Below the pieces are notes generated by a model. That model was not told the DNA's origin and did no database searches. It was given only the letters and a program-made list of their open reading frames with translations. 64,000 nucleotides of DNA from Paraspadella gotoi (Eukaryota > Animalia > Chaetognatha), in contig CM119264.1 of the NCBI GenBank assembly GCA_051294375.1, positions 18,144,321 to 18,208,320 on the forward strand. Direction: 5' to 3'. The position numbers and the translations under genes are program-made. Shown piece after piece: positions 15,556-29,002 of this stretch; within the stretch, counting starts at the first letter, position 1; each line of letters opens with the position of its first letter.

Positions 15556-17859
15556 CGAGAGGTCGCTTCTGAGTCCGCAGTTTTCATTGGCGAGAAAGTG
15601 TTAGACTTTAGGTTCGACGATAATGAAATAGTAAGAGTGGGTTTTTCGATATTGAGTGGTGGACAGAGAATCAGGGGTAGGAGGCGTAGTTGATGGGTTG
15701 GTAACCGTACGTAGGAGGAATGCTCGATGGTTGATGCTTGGTGGTTTCAATAAGCTTCGAAAAGGAATCGAACGGAAGACTTTTCTCGGGGCGCATATTG
15801 TTTTTTTTAAGTTCATAGCATCGTTTACGAAAAATTATCCGGCGCGTGAAAGAATATCAACCAAGCAGTTAGCATCCAGGCCATAGAGAAACAATTTGGG
15901 GGGAGGGATTTAGATTCAACAGAATGAGGGATTTAGGGATAACGGGGGAAAAAAAATCCGAAGACGTAAAACGGGGAAAGATTTGGGATCTTCCAGAATT
16001 TTTTCGCGAACTTCGCCCACGCTCTTAGACTGTCTGCCCACACGAAAATCTCTGTTCCTTCCATTTCATCGCTCTTGACGCCCACACATTTCCGCTACCA
16101 GAAAAACTTTTTTTTCTTTGAAACAAAAATATTCCAACGTAGTTTTTCGTCCCCTTTCGGAGGATTTTTGTCTGGATAAGGAAATTGAGGTTCTCAGCGT
16201 CTGGTATTTTTCAAATAACAGACTTTCACTAATTGCGGCTGACTTTCCACGTTAAAAACGCCCTGAAATAGGTATATATATTAGTGCAGCAATCCTTAAA
16301 ATCGTCTCTTAATCCGTGGATTTGAAAAATGGTTACAAGCGGTTTGATCAAAGAGAGACAGGCGATAAAAAAATTAATATTTTGCAATTTCAAATGAGGC
16401 ATTGTTGTGTTTACGCAAAGAGGCGAAGGCATCGGATTCCGCTAGATAGAGTCTGCCATCAACGCGAAACCAAATCCTTTTATCCGGTGCCGCTATCGCC
16501 GGCGGCGGCTGCGGCGGCTGCGGCGGCGGCGGCGTTTCACAATGAATTTATTTGAATCGGTGGCGTCGCCGGCCAAACCCGTACTCCCATCTCCACCTAC
16601 CTCCAACGTGGAGAAAAGCACGCGCGCGAACAAAAACGTATTTTGAATTTCATATTCGATCTAAAATGACGTCTTCCTTTCACGAGCGCTGTAGCGTCGG
16701 CTTCTGAAAGCGCCATCTTGAGAGAACCTCGCTTACGAGCCTTTTATGGAATCGTGAAAATGATTTATTCCGAAATTCACTTTCTCCCGCGACAATGTTG
16801 CGAACGACCCATTTTTTTTTCTCTCTCTCTCTCTTTCCCTTTCTCTCTTTCTCTACTCTCTCTCTCTCTCCCTCTGTTTACAGTTTCCTCCCAGGTCGTG
16901 CGTCTCCTCCCTGTCATTCCTCTTCCTCTTCTCAATTTATCCGGGACAAACTCCTGCTTTTTCAACCTTTCCTTCCTTCAGTCTCTTTGCCTTAGGTTTT
17001 CTTCCGCGCCATTCCTCCAACTTTTTAATGGAACTCCATTCTTTAAAATTAAATTTCTTTTTCCCCTACTTTTTTTTTTCTATAAATTCTTTTTCTCATC
17101 GCCGGTCTCCTTTCTTCCCATTTCCTAACTAAGAAAGTTTTATTTTACAGGGAAACCATTTTTTTTTATTTTATCATCGTCCTCCTTCATTCTTCCTCCC
17201 TGATTCTACTGATTCTGCTTCAGCTAGTTCCTCCTCTTTTTTTAATCTGTATTCCATCAATTTCAGCGTCAACCGAAAGTCGAAAAAGGCGGCGAAAAGG
17301 CGGTTAGGCGCGCCGCTGCCGACGCGGGCGCCGGTGCCTCCGCCGCTGCCTCCGCCGCATTCGGTCCTTTGTGCCAAATTTGGGGTCATAAAGTAGGGGA
17401 GGGAAGTATGTCTTGCGAGATGAGAGGTCAAGTAAGGATTAATTAATTCGATACAAATTTCGTTAATTTAAATGAGTCAATGCTCAAATATTTATTACGT
17501 GTACATAGACATAAAAGAAGGGAGAAAATGGGAGAGAAAAAGAGACCGCGTGAGAGGCAGGGATGCGGAGATAGAAAAAAAAGAAAGAAAACTCATGGCA
17601 TTTGGGAGCTCCAAAGGAATCCAAACGAGAATACAAAAAGCTCCGCTCGTCTTAACGCTGCAACTCTTTTGGTTTTAACGTGAACGACTCGATGCTACAA
17701 GGAGGCCCAGTCAGTAGGACCGAAAACATCCAATAAATTACAAAAGTGAAATTTAAAAAGAGATGGTGAAGTATTTATCTTTATTTGCCTTTGATTATAA
17801 AATCAATCGACTCATCTCCTTGTTTCAAAGGGCTCAGAAAAGGTCGTTATCTCCCGCCA

Positions 17860-19901
17860 TCACTTGATCCATTCATTCTTCCCCATGCCGTCTCCGTCAT
17901 CGACCTTCAACGCCGGAAGTCGAATCGTCTTTTTCTTCGTCTCCCAAAATGCGGCGTCCTTCTCGTAATAGGCGGCCTCGTTGATGAAGACGGGGTAAAC
18001 GGGTTCGGGTCCTGCGAAGGGCACCTCTGTACCGTCTGCTCGTAGGAAGGCCGGCTGTCCCGGTTCCAAAACTTGGTAATCGCGGTCCTTATGAAAAAAA
18101 AGTCTCCTTAAACGTGAAACGTTGGATACAAAAGTCTTTTTGGTCACCAACGAAATCAACTCGCCTGTAAATTGGGATGCACGATGGCGCCGACGTGCCA
18201 AGGATTATCGGCTCCGCTTAGCGGCGAGGGGAAGGGAACCGTCCGGATCGTCGAAAAGACCTCGAGTTCTCCGGCCAGCGACTCCACGCCCGAATTGAGC
18301 TCATCGAGGAAGTCGAGAATCATCCCGACCACGAGACGTTGCTTAGCAACCGCGTCGGCTCTTTAAATAAAAAAAAGTTTACAATTTTAGAAACAGAGAA
18401 GGAAAACTCTCGAAAAATTCCCTGACACCTGAGAACCCCATGAGGTTGCGGTCCCACTTCGATCCCGACACCGAAGTTGGTCGTCAATGATTCGGTGTAA
18501 TTGCTGGGAGTCGTCGAAGACTCTATGGCGAAGACGCCGCAGAGCAGCGGAGGGGAGGATTGGCGGCATCGACGCTGGAGGCAGGTAGTGACGGAGAGGA
18601 TTGGGTAGATAGAAAAAAATATAATATAATAAACTAGTCGCAAAGTGTCTTACGTAGATTGAAATTTGAAAGGAATTAAACAACAGTTCACGAAGGTGGG
18701 CGATGGAGAAAAATTTCTTAGGGTTTTGAATTGACTCACCATGACAAGTCGCGCTACATGAAGTGACAACAAGCTTCTTCGATTTCTTACGGCCCATTCA
18801 TTGATTGTCTCGGATTCGCCCTGATCCATGTAACTTAAAATAAACATAACAAAATTCGTATCACAAGAAAACTATTGTCACTGGAAGACTAGTTGGATTG
18901 TTCAGTTTTACAGAATACCAGAGACACAAAAGAAAATCCTAACTAAAAACATTCTTTTATTTGCAACTGCCATACTCTTATTGGCTATCTCACGTGATGA
19001 TGATCATGACGCCCACGTTGGACGTCGTGTTGTGACAGTCGATCAGGAAATCGGTTTTTCCGCCGCCGTGAGCCGCTTTGATTTCCTCCGCCCGCATTTT
19101 CTCGTAAGTCTTCACGCCGTCACGTGACTGAAACAGTATCGGGCTTCGCACTTAATCTGTTTTACACTAGTAGTTAAACAGTATATAAAAATGAGCTTTT
19201 TTTAATAAATTTTGATTATATTTGAGTTTTTTCATGATTAAAAAAACTTCGTTTCCGAATCAGTAAAAGTAAAAACGTTAGATTCGGAAATTAATATTTG
19301 TAAATTATTTATATTTTATTTAAATTGTCTATAATAATTGATATCTTGTGGACGAACATCTAGAACCCGCAACCTCGGGTCAAACCACTTGACCTTACCG
19401 AACTTCCCTCGCTCATTTCCCCAACCTATTTATGGTCAAAACGTGACCTTTATGGTCAAACGTGAGCCTTTGTAATACATTGTAATAGACTAGCATCTGA
19501 GCATTTTGACTGTTATGTTTATAACGTTGTTGAAGAATAAAATCATTCTTACTCTGAAACTTGTTGCGTCCACACGTGGTGAGCCGAGGTTGCGTGTTCC
19601 TAGAATGTTCGTCACAATCTAATTATTATTTTGTCACTACCTCTCGTCTTCCTCTCCGAAAGCACGATTGAGGTCCTCCTCTGTGTATCGTCGACAGACT
19701 CGCGCCGCCCGAGGGTTTCCTACATCCACGACCGCTTGGACCCGGCGCCGACGCAACTCGACGGCGCCTCCGGCGTCGACCAGTGACGCGCCAGAAAGAG
19801 GCCACTCATCTCGTTGCCGTGAGTCCGCCGAGAAAAGAACTCGGCTCGGCCGAGGGATCTGGACGTTTCCGCCGAGTCCAGTTTTCGGATTCACCGGACA
19901 T
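17860..19901 (-). CDS. ASPA: Aspartoacylase (ASPA/ACY3 family), 6 coding exons; 5' part frameshifted in this assembly
   Basis: Exons (minus): 19901-19641, 19127-18994, 18833-18740, 18574-18429, 18360-18165, 18087-17860. Family motifs read directly: (GG)THGNEMSG, NPRA..CRRYTEEDLNRAF, DCHNTTSNVG, GIEVGPQPHGVLR, AIVHPNLQDRDY, VYPVFINEAAYYEK. Splice phases are consistent from exon 2 onward. Exon 1 and the exon 1/2 junction need single-base corrections. ASPA versus ACY3 orthology is not resolvable by eye. Confidence 0.92.
19347..19616. mobile_element. 270-bp non-autonomous TIR element (MITE-like), TGT...ACA ends, 4-bp TSD ATCT, in ASPA intron 1
   Basis: The left end tgtggacgaacatctagaacccgcaacctcgggtcaaaccac matches the reverse complement of the right end (tgtgacgaacattctaggaacacgcaacctcggctcaccac) over about 40 bp. 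ATCT flanks both sides (19343-19346 and 19617-19620). Confidence 0.82.
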
Positions 19902-21316
19902 GGCTCCGAAATTCTTTTTTTCCAACAGGTTTTTTTATCTTCGGAAATAAAAGATTTTTCGGTTAAAAAGAAAATTTCACGAAAAATAAAAGAAGTTGTC
20001 AGGTCGGAAGATCAAGATAAGATTCTGATAACGGCTGATTTTTTTCAAACCGGTGTGGAAGACAGGCTCTTTGACTACAAGTGGCCACGGTAAAGACGAA
20101 TTCTTTTCTACCTGACTCTCTCTGACCGATGGAGAGATTACACGGAACTCTCCCCATTCAAGAAGACAACTCGGCCGACGCAATGCAGCTCAAATCTCTT
20201 AATCTCATTCACCAACGTTAGTATGACTGTTTTAATCGTTAAATAGCTTTTTAAAATTATACGTGTGTTGATTTTTTACGCTCGTCTCTTTCACTAATCG
20301 CGCCGAAAGAATTAAATTTGTATATTTATTTAAATAACGAGATTTCCTTAATATCTCAAAGCCTTCAAAAGATTCGAAATAAAAGATAATTATTGACGAG
20401 TGAATAAAATAATGTAGTTTCTTCCTACTTGGTTGTTTAAAAAAGATTATTTGCTTATTCAAAGTTTTCCTTCATAAGTTTGTAGCGCTGAAAAAAAAAA
20501 ATTTGAAAGAAAAAAGTGTTCGGATTTTTTCTTTCCCCGTTTTTTTTTCTGCGGTAAAATGGTTGTTATCTGGCCTCTTGACTTGACACCAGCGCCCCGG
20601 GTTCGGCGGCGGATTCATTTATAAACATTACGCGCTGCGGCCGCGATCAGAGAGAGAGAGAGAGAGAGATAGAGAGAGAGAGAAAGAGAAAGAGAGAGAG
20701 TGAGATAGATGGTGGATTTTGTTTTAAGCTGGAAAATGCGCATGATTACTCCTTAATAGAAAAAAAAAGGAATCCGTGGCTGTCTAGTTTAGACTTTAAA
20801 CCTCGTTTCAACGGTCAGTGACCGCCCTTGTTGTTTATAGAAACGCAGATAATGTGACGAGTAAAAATATAAAAACATTTTAAAACCTGCGTTTTTTATT
20901 ATAATTTATATTGATATATATTGCTGGCGCAATGATTGAACCCTTCATTCTTCCAACATAACATATTCCTTCATTCTCCATGTCAGGTTACGCGGTTTTC
21001 CGGACTTTCCTCTTCTCTAACACTATTCTTCCTATTTTTTTCACTCCTATTCGCCTCTTAACCCCCACTCGATGCACCCCCCTGCACCCCCCGAAGCTAC
21101 GACACTCCCACTTTGGAGAGTTAAGAGATTCCGTCTCCATTCCACGTCTTCGGAGTAAAGGTTGCGTCAGCAGCAAATGAGAGGCCTGATAAGATGAAAG
21201 GGTCGACCCCGAGATCTCCCTGATGAGTTTCTCGCACCTGGGGCCTGAGTGCCGCCCCGTCTCTCCCTCTCTTTCTCACTCTCACTTACTCGACTACTCA
21301 CTTTCTCGCTCTCTTT

Positions 21317-21349
<33 letters not shown>

Positions 21350-22996
21350 TGTACTTTTCTCTTATATTTTACAATTAAAATGCTGAAATTATCACTAGCT
21401 TTCCCTTTTTCGATTACGTGGCGAACCAGCAAGCAACAGCGTCGCGCAAGCAACAGCGTCCCTGCGTGCAACAGCGCCGCGCGAGCTCAAGCGTCGTCCC
21501 GATCGTCGATCGTCTTTTGTTTCGCTCGACTTTTTTCACGCAACCGGATCACGACGCGCGCGCATTAGAGGATTATTGAGGTTGAAAAAGGTTAAGTCGT
21601 GGAAGGGATAATGTAAGCTCGTGGCTCGATTCTTCGGATGGGGCCTCACTCGATGAGGCGCGATCAAAGGGGCAGAAGGCTCAGCCTCATCCAGGCGCGA
21701 CGGCTTTATTCTTATGCCGGGTCGGCGGCCGCGCCCTCCATCGCCTCTTAGATCCGCGCCACTCTCCGCCTTTTCTCTCCGATCTAGTTCTGCTCCTTTT
21801 TAACGCTAGATCCATTAATGCCGATTTCTCATTCTTTTCATTCTCATAGTTATACGTACTCATAATTAAGAATTTTATTCTGACTAGATCCTTTTTTTTA
21901 AAGTGGAAAATGCTTTGTTGAGGTTTTTTTTATTACTACATTGACAACGAACTCGTTATTCTCGTCGTAGCTTTTGATATTCCCCCACTTTCCTCCCATC
22001 CGCCGCGCTCCTTCTTTACACCCTCTCCATTCAATCAGTCCCTCTCTCCTTTCCTCGCTCTGGAAAATCGAGTCTGAGTCCATTGTCTTTCTTCCATTAC
22101 CGCCTCGTGACAGCGTCGTGAGCTGGGCGCAGAAACTCCGCGGTGAAGAAAAAAAAAAGCGAAAATGCGCATTAGCAGAAGAAAGGCGCATTAGCAAAAG
22201 TGGCGCGGAAAAAAAGAAAGAGCGTTCAACTACAAAGTGGCGCAGAATGAGACGATAGCCGCGTCGCAGAGTGGTGCTGAAAAAGACGCGCTTACGGCGC
22301 CAACCCGCGAGGAAAAGACTCTCGCAAGGAAGCAAAGTGGCCCCGCGGCGCCGGCCCTGCGTAGCGCCGTCCGCAACGAGACGTTCGCGACGCCGAAACA
22401 TCATTAAGTGTTTATGTCCGACGTTGACCGAAACGCGAGTCTGGAATAAAATGAGTGAAGGAGAGAAGTGAGCGGATGGAATGGATGAGCGATGATGAGA
22501 AATCCTCAACAACGTGAGTTATAGAGGTTAACGTCAGAGTTAACATTAGTTACACATATACATTTTACAAGATTAGTTATATTTATACATATCTAATTTT
22601 ATATCTAAAAGAGAAACTAATAGTATATAATAATAAAAACTTTTATCATACCTAAAACGGTAAGTTATACGGTGAAAATACGACGGAATCAAAACTGTTT
22701 AAAAAATTCGACAAAAAGGAACTGAATACGAATAGCGACGAGCGAGTGAAGAAATGCTAAGAAGTTCCGACGAGACATCCAACATTCCAACATCATTACT
22801 GAGAACCCAAAGAAAAACTAGAAAAAATGGGCGAAAAATAAGAGGAAAAAAAGAGAAAAGAAAGAGAAAGTTGAGAGACAGCGACGCCATCTGTCTTCCT
22901 TGTTTATTGTTTATAAAACAAAACGTTTATGGTGCTTTGTTTACGCACGAATTTCTCCTGTTTTTCGCCCTGACTCTCTGTATCTCTCTTGCACTA

Positions 22997-23034
<38 letters not shown>

Positions 23035-23743
23035 GGCGTGCGTCTCCCACTCCCCTTCATATGCATCTTCGCCAAACCTCCCCCGGTTAAAACGACTTGG
23101 AAAATGGTTTTCAAAAGGTTTTTTTTTCTTTTCCTTGAAAAGAGAGAAATTTTTTTTCTCTCCTCTCAACGGCCGAAAGAAAGAGAGTCATCCACAGGGT
23201 TGTTTTGCTGCCTTTGTCTGGTAGAATTTTCTGTCCTGTCTCGAGCCTGACTCTCTCTCTCTTTCTTTTTCTCCCTGTTTTTCTCTCTGTCCCTTGCTTT
23301 TCCCACATTTAGTTTTTCTTTTAATTCTATTTTGATTTATAATTCTAGATTTGACCTTCTATTTATTTTCATAATAATCATTAATACCATTATTATTATT
23401 ATTATTATTCAGCTTTGAGCTCTATCTGTAGCTCTCTCTCTCTGGCCTCTCTTTGATTTCTCAATAGCTCACTCTTGTTTGCTCTGCTCTGCATTATTTT
23501 ATTAAAATCTCGTGATTTGGATGATTCTTATTTTTGAGAGGTGAAATGGCTTCGCCCAGTGAAAATCTACAAGGTCAACAAATTAGGTTAGAGCAAGTGC
23601 CTCAAACAATGGTTTTTAATACAATCTCCCACAAATGAAATNNNNNNNNNNNNNNNNNNNNNNNNNNNNNTCATTATTATCAAAAATGATTTCTGGTGTT
23701 GTTGTTATTAATATTATTATTATTCTTATTATTATTCTTATTA

Positions 23744-23777
<34 letters not shown>

Positions 23778-24324
23778 NNNNNNNNNNNNNNNNNNNNNNN
23801 NNNNNNNNNNNNNNNNNNNNNNNNNNNTTATTATTATTATTATCATTATTATTATTATTATCCTTTTTCTTTCACATTTTTCTTTCTTTCATTAGCATAT
23901 GTTTCTAACATTGAGAAATTAACAATTTTAACATTCATCAATTGCTAACCACTTTTTCTTTCTTAATTCTCCCTCTGTCCATCTTTTACCCTTGAAATCA
24001 GCAGCGCCTTAAAGCTTAGAACAATGGCGCCCCCCGTCTTTACCACTTTCTCTTTCATCCTATNNNNNNNNNNNNNNNNNNNNNNNNNNNNNNNNNNNNN
24101 NNNNNNNNNNNNNNNNNNNNNNNNNNNNNNNNNNNNNNNNNNNNNNNNNNNNNNNNNNNNNNNNNNNNNNNNNNNNNNNNNNNNNNNNNNNNNNNNNNNN
24201 NNNNNNNNNNNNNNNNNNNNNNNNNNNNNNNNNNNNNNNNNNNNNNNNNNNNNNNNNNNNNNNNNNNNNNNNNNNNNNNNNNNNNNNNNNNNNNNNNNNN
24301 NNNNNNNNNNNNNNNNNNNNNNNN

Positions 24325-24359
<35 letters not shown>

Positions 24360-26859
24360 TTGAGGGCTGTATGCCTCCCAGTTTTTATCACCGTGCAGTC
24401 ACTCCAAAAGCGGTTTTCGATATCTTATTATGGTGTTTTTGTTTTTGCTTGGCCGATTTTTGTTGTCGAGTCGCTCGTTTCCTCGAATCGAACTTTATTT
24501 CTTTCTGAGACAATGAGAATTTGATTTTATTCTCACTTTCAGTCAATAATCTTATGTTCAATTCATATTTTCTGTTTTTCCCTTCGCATTCATCTCGACC
24601 AATGAGCTTCTTCGAAAAATCCCGGCCAAAATGTGATGAGAATCTTGTTGTTCTCATAACCCAACCTTTTTCTCTTCGCTCATTGCCAAATCTGCCAGCC
24701 GCCAAAAAATTATCTTTCTCTCTCTNNNNNNNNNNNNNNNNNNNNNNNNNNNNNNNNNNNNNNNNNNNNNNNNNNNNNNNNNNNNNNNNNNNNNNNNNNN
24801 NNNNNNNNNNNNNNNNNNNNNNNNNNNNNNNNNNNNNNNNNNNNNNNNNNNNNNNNNNNNNNNNNNNNNNNNNNNNNNNNNNNNNNNNNNNNNNNNNNNN
24901 NNNNNNNNNNTCTTTATGCGATTTTTTATGACCATCAGCAGTAAGCCGGGACCGCGCCGACGCCGTCGCTAACCCCGCCGACGCCGCCAGTACGGAGAAG
25001 CGGCGCTAAATACGCGCGCGAGAGAGAGAGAGTGATACAAAGCGCTAGAGTTGGTGAGAGAGACATACAAAGAAAAAGAAGGAGATGAAGAGAGAGAGAG
25101 AGAGNNNNNNNNNNNNNNNNNNNNNNNNNNNNNNNNNNNNNNNNNNNNNNNNNNNNNNNNNNNNNNNNNNNNNNNNNNNNNNNNNNNNNNNNNNNNNNNN
25201 NNNNNNNNNNNNNNNNNNNNNNNNNNNNNNNNNNNNNNNNNNNNNNNNNNNNNNNNNNNNNNNNNNNNNNNNNNNNNNNNNNNNNNNNNNNNNNNNNNNN
25301 NNNNNNNNNNNNNNNNNNNNNNNNNNNNNNNNNNNNNNNNNNNNNNNNNNNNNNNNNNNNNNNNNNNNNNNGAGAGAGAGAGAGTCAGAGATTAAAAATA
25401 ACGTAGGCTACCGGCGCGCAATTGCACGCGCAGAACTTGCACGCGCGCCAGAGGGCGAAAGCGAGGACCAACCCACGACTGATGAACCCAGACGGCGACC
25501 CGGGGCAGACTTGATCGTCATGACTACGACGACGACGACGACGACGATCGAACGAGGAAGACGCCGACGATGTTGATGGTGATGCTGATGAGTTTTGTAA
25601 TTCGAAATACATAACTCGCTATTCTTTAAGTGAAAGAAGACCTTTTCCCCCCTTTTTATATTTCCGACACTCTTGCCGCTCCAAGTTCGACCCTCTCTCT
25701 CTCTCTCCCTCTCTCTCTCTTCCGCTCTCCATTTTTTACCAAAGCGCCATCAAAAGGCGATATATGATATTCTTGTTGGCTCCGCTCCCCGCCGCTTGTC
25801 GTCCCAACTCCATCTTCCTCATCTTCCCCGCTTGAGGCGCTATTTCTCAATTATTCCTGTCAGTCTTCATTTGTTATGCCTTTTGGGCGACGGTCTCNNN
25901 NNNNNNNNNNNNNNNNNNNNNNNNNNNNNNNNNNNNNNNNNNNNNNNNNNNNNNNNNNNNNNNNNNNNNNNNNNNNNNNNNNNNNNNNNNNNNNNNNNNN
26001 NNNNNNNNNNNNNNNNNNNNNNNNNNNNNNNNNNNNNNNNNNNNNNNNNNNNNNNNNNNNNNNNNNNNNNNNNNNNNNNNNNNNNNNNNNNNNNNNNNNN
26101 NNNNNCTTCTCCCTCTCTCTCTTCCTCCCTTTTTCTCTTCCTCTCTCGTCGCAAATTGTTTTTCATATCTCGTTCGTGGGATCGCGGACTTAAGGGGTCA
26201 CCTTCAACAGAACTTTCTTATTTTTTTTCCGATAGTTTATGATATAAATTTTATTTTAATCACTCGCTCTACTCTTTATAAGAAAAGTAATTATTCCATC
26301 CTAATCAGATCGTCTCATCCCAATTCTTTCTTTCATTTCATTTTCTCGTCTCCTCTTTGAAAACTTTTTTCATTCNNNNNNNNNNNNNNNNNNNNNNNNN
26401 NNNNNNNNNNNNNNNNNNNNNNNNNNNNNNNNNNNNNNNNNNNNNNNNNNNNNNNNNNNNNNNNNNNNNNNNNNNNNNNNNNNNNNNNNNNNNNNNNNNN
26501 NNNNNNNNNNNNNNNNNNNNNNNNNNNNNNNNNNNNNNNNNNNNNNNNNNNNNNNNNNNNNNNNNNNNNNNNNNNNNNNNNNNNNNNNNNNNNNNNNNNN
26601 NNNNNNNNNNNNNNNNNNNNNNNNNNNNNNNNNNNNNNNNNNNNNNNNNNNNNNNNNNNNNNNNNNNNNNNNNNNNNNNNNNNNNNNNNNNNNNNNNNNN
26701 NNNNNNNNNNNNNNNNNNNNNNNNNNNNNNNNNNNNNNNNNNNNNNNNNNNNNNNNNNNNNNNNNNNNNNNNNNNNNNNNNNNNNNNNNNNNNNNNNNNN
26801 NNNNNNNNNNNNNNNNNNNNNNNNNNNNNNNNNNNNNNNNNNNNNNNNNNNNNNNNNNN

Positions 26860-27164
26860 TTTAAAAAAGCTTTTCACAATTTCCTGTGAATAAATTCATC
26901 CTCAAACCGTTAGAAAATACAATTCTATACTATTCTATTAGATGGAAATTACTTTCTGCGTGACAATTCACNNNNNNNNNNTTTATAAATCTTTTCCTAG
27001 AATCTCCTGTACTGTTTTTTTTGTATGTTTTTTTATTTTTTATTTTTACCGTTTTAAAAATGCTTTTCACAATTTCCTGTGTTTAAATTCATCCTCAGAC
27101 CGTTAGAAAATACAATTCTATACTATTCTATTAGATTGAAATTACTTCCTGCGTGACAATTCAC
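26860..27164 (+). repeat. ~110-bp direct duplication around a 10-N gap
   Basis: gcttttcacaatttcctgtg...ccgttagaaaatacaattctatactattctattagat...gcgtgacaattcac at 26860-26971 and 27053-27164. Confidence 0.85.
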
Positions 27165-27847
27165 ATCGAAATTAATAAGCAAATTATAAATAGAAACAAA
27201 ACTGACTTCGTCTCGTGCCTCAAGCGAAACTGTTGCTTTTCAGTAAAGTATCCTTCAGTTCAGAACAGAGAAGAAATCGAATCTCTGAAAAAGAGAATAT
27301 GAATGGGAAAAGAGGAAAGAAGAACAAGGAAGGGGTAAGTGAGGAAAGGAGGAAGAAAGGGAGCAGTTCCATCGCGAGAGGGACGAAGAATTTATGAATA
27401 GAATAAAAGTCGAGAGTCGGAGATTCCATTTTTTTTCTACGTTGGCGGCGGAAAAGGAGGAGGAAGCGAAGGTAGGAAAGGAAGAAGAGGCTTCCGTAAA
27501 ACGAATTTCTGCAAAAGTGAGTTTTGAGAAGAAACACTATTTAAAAATAGATTCCGCTTAAAAATAAAATATTAATGAATTCAAATGATTATTATTGTCT
27601 CTCNNNNNNNNNNNNNNNNNNNNNNNNNNNNNNNNNNNNNNNNNNNNNNNNNNNNNNNNNNNNNNNNNNNNNNNNNNNNNNNNNNNNNNNNNNNNNNNNN
27701 NNNNNNNNNNNNNNNNNNNNNNNNNNNNNNNNNNNNNNNNNNNNNNNNNNNNNNNNNNNNNNNNNNNNNNNNNNNNNNNNNNNNNNNNNNNNNNNNNNNN
27801 NNNNNNNNNNNNNNNNNNNNNNNNNNNNNNNNNNNNNNNNNNNNNNN

Positions 27848-27886
<39 letters not shown>

Positions 27887-29002
27887 TACGTTGTTTAGCG
27901 CTGCGCGAACGACTGCCTTTCCTTTTTTCGACCCCATGTTGCGTAGCAGTTGGAGGGTAAAGCGTAGCGGGCTCTTCCGAAACTGAGTCCATCAAGTCCA
28001 TCATGGTTTGTTTTAGGGAATCGGGTCTGTTGCGGTTTGGAAACCTTCATCTAGGGTAGAGGGAGTCATAAACACGCTTCCCGTCATGCCGCCAACTTTT
28101 TATAATAACCTTCAAGATCGATCCGATTGGAACACGTATTTAACCGAGTTTATTTCACATCTTCCCTTTAGATTCCCTTTAGATTTCAATACATCTTGTA
28201 TTGCCTCTTCTCTTCAGTCTTCACTTCGTCATCGGTTTTAACGAATGACATTCGCATTTTCGACAGCAAAACCTTTCAGTTATTTTCAAGTTATCAGTTT
28301 AGGTCTTGGTCTTGGATTGGTCTACTCCGTTATTCAACAAACNNNNNNNNNNNNNNNNNNNNNNNNNGGAGAGAGAGAGAGAGAGATGACGACTGCGAGA
28401 GAGAAGAGAGAGAGAGAGTAGAGAGAAAGATATCTGGTACGTCATATTGTTAGCGCTGCAGCGCGAATTTCGTACTGCCTTTCTTCCTTTATATTTTCGA
28501 CCACCATGTTACGTAAGATATGGAGGGGTGAAAGCGGTAGCGAGCCATTTTCCGGAATTAATCTGAAGAATCCCATTACAAGTCCAAAATCATGGTTTGT
28601 TTATTGGGAATCAGTGGGTCGTGTTGCGGTTTTGGAATTCCGTTACATCTATGGAGTAGATGGGGGAAGTCATGAAACGTACGACTCCACGCATAGGTCA
28701 CGTAGAGACTAGTGTTACGGCTTAACAATTTTATATAAAAGAGTGAGATCGATCCGTATTGGAACACGGTATTCATTACACGATTTTATTGGTCACATTC
28801 TTCCCTAGTTTAGATATCCTTTAGATATTCAATACTTCTTAGAGTATTAGCTGTTCTCTTACTAATCTCACTTAACTATACGGTTAGTATAAAGTACAGA
28901 GAAATACATTCGCATTTTCACGAACCCAGCAAAACTTTGCAGTTAAGTTTAAGTTTATCGAGTTTATGTCTTGGTCTTGATTGAAATCCGTTCATCTACA
29001 AC
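27848..29002 (+). repeat. Tandem duplication across a 25-N gap (27848-28342 vs 28368-29002), probable gap-fill artefact
   Basis: The second copy is an insertion-riddled version of the first. Exactly 25 Ns (28343-28367) separate them. Confidence 0.85.

Noticed and set aside
21185-21235. Hammerhead-ribozyme-like words (GAAA ... CTGATGA)
   Set aside because: The UH cleavage site is missing and stems I and II are too weak. CTGATGA at ~45588 likewise has no matching GAAA.
23963-28004. ORFs containing X runs
   Set aside because: They span assembly N-gaps.
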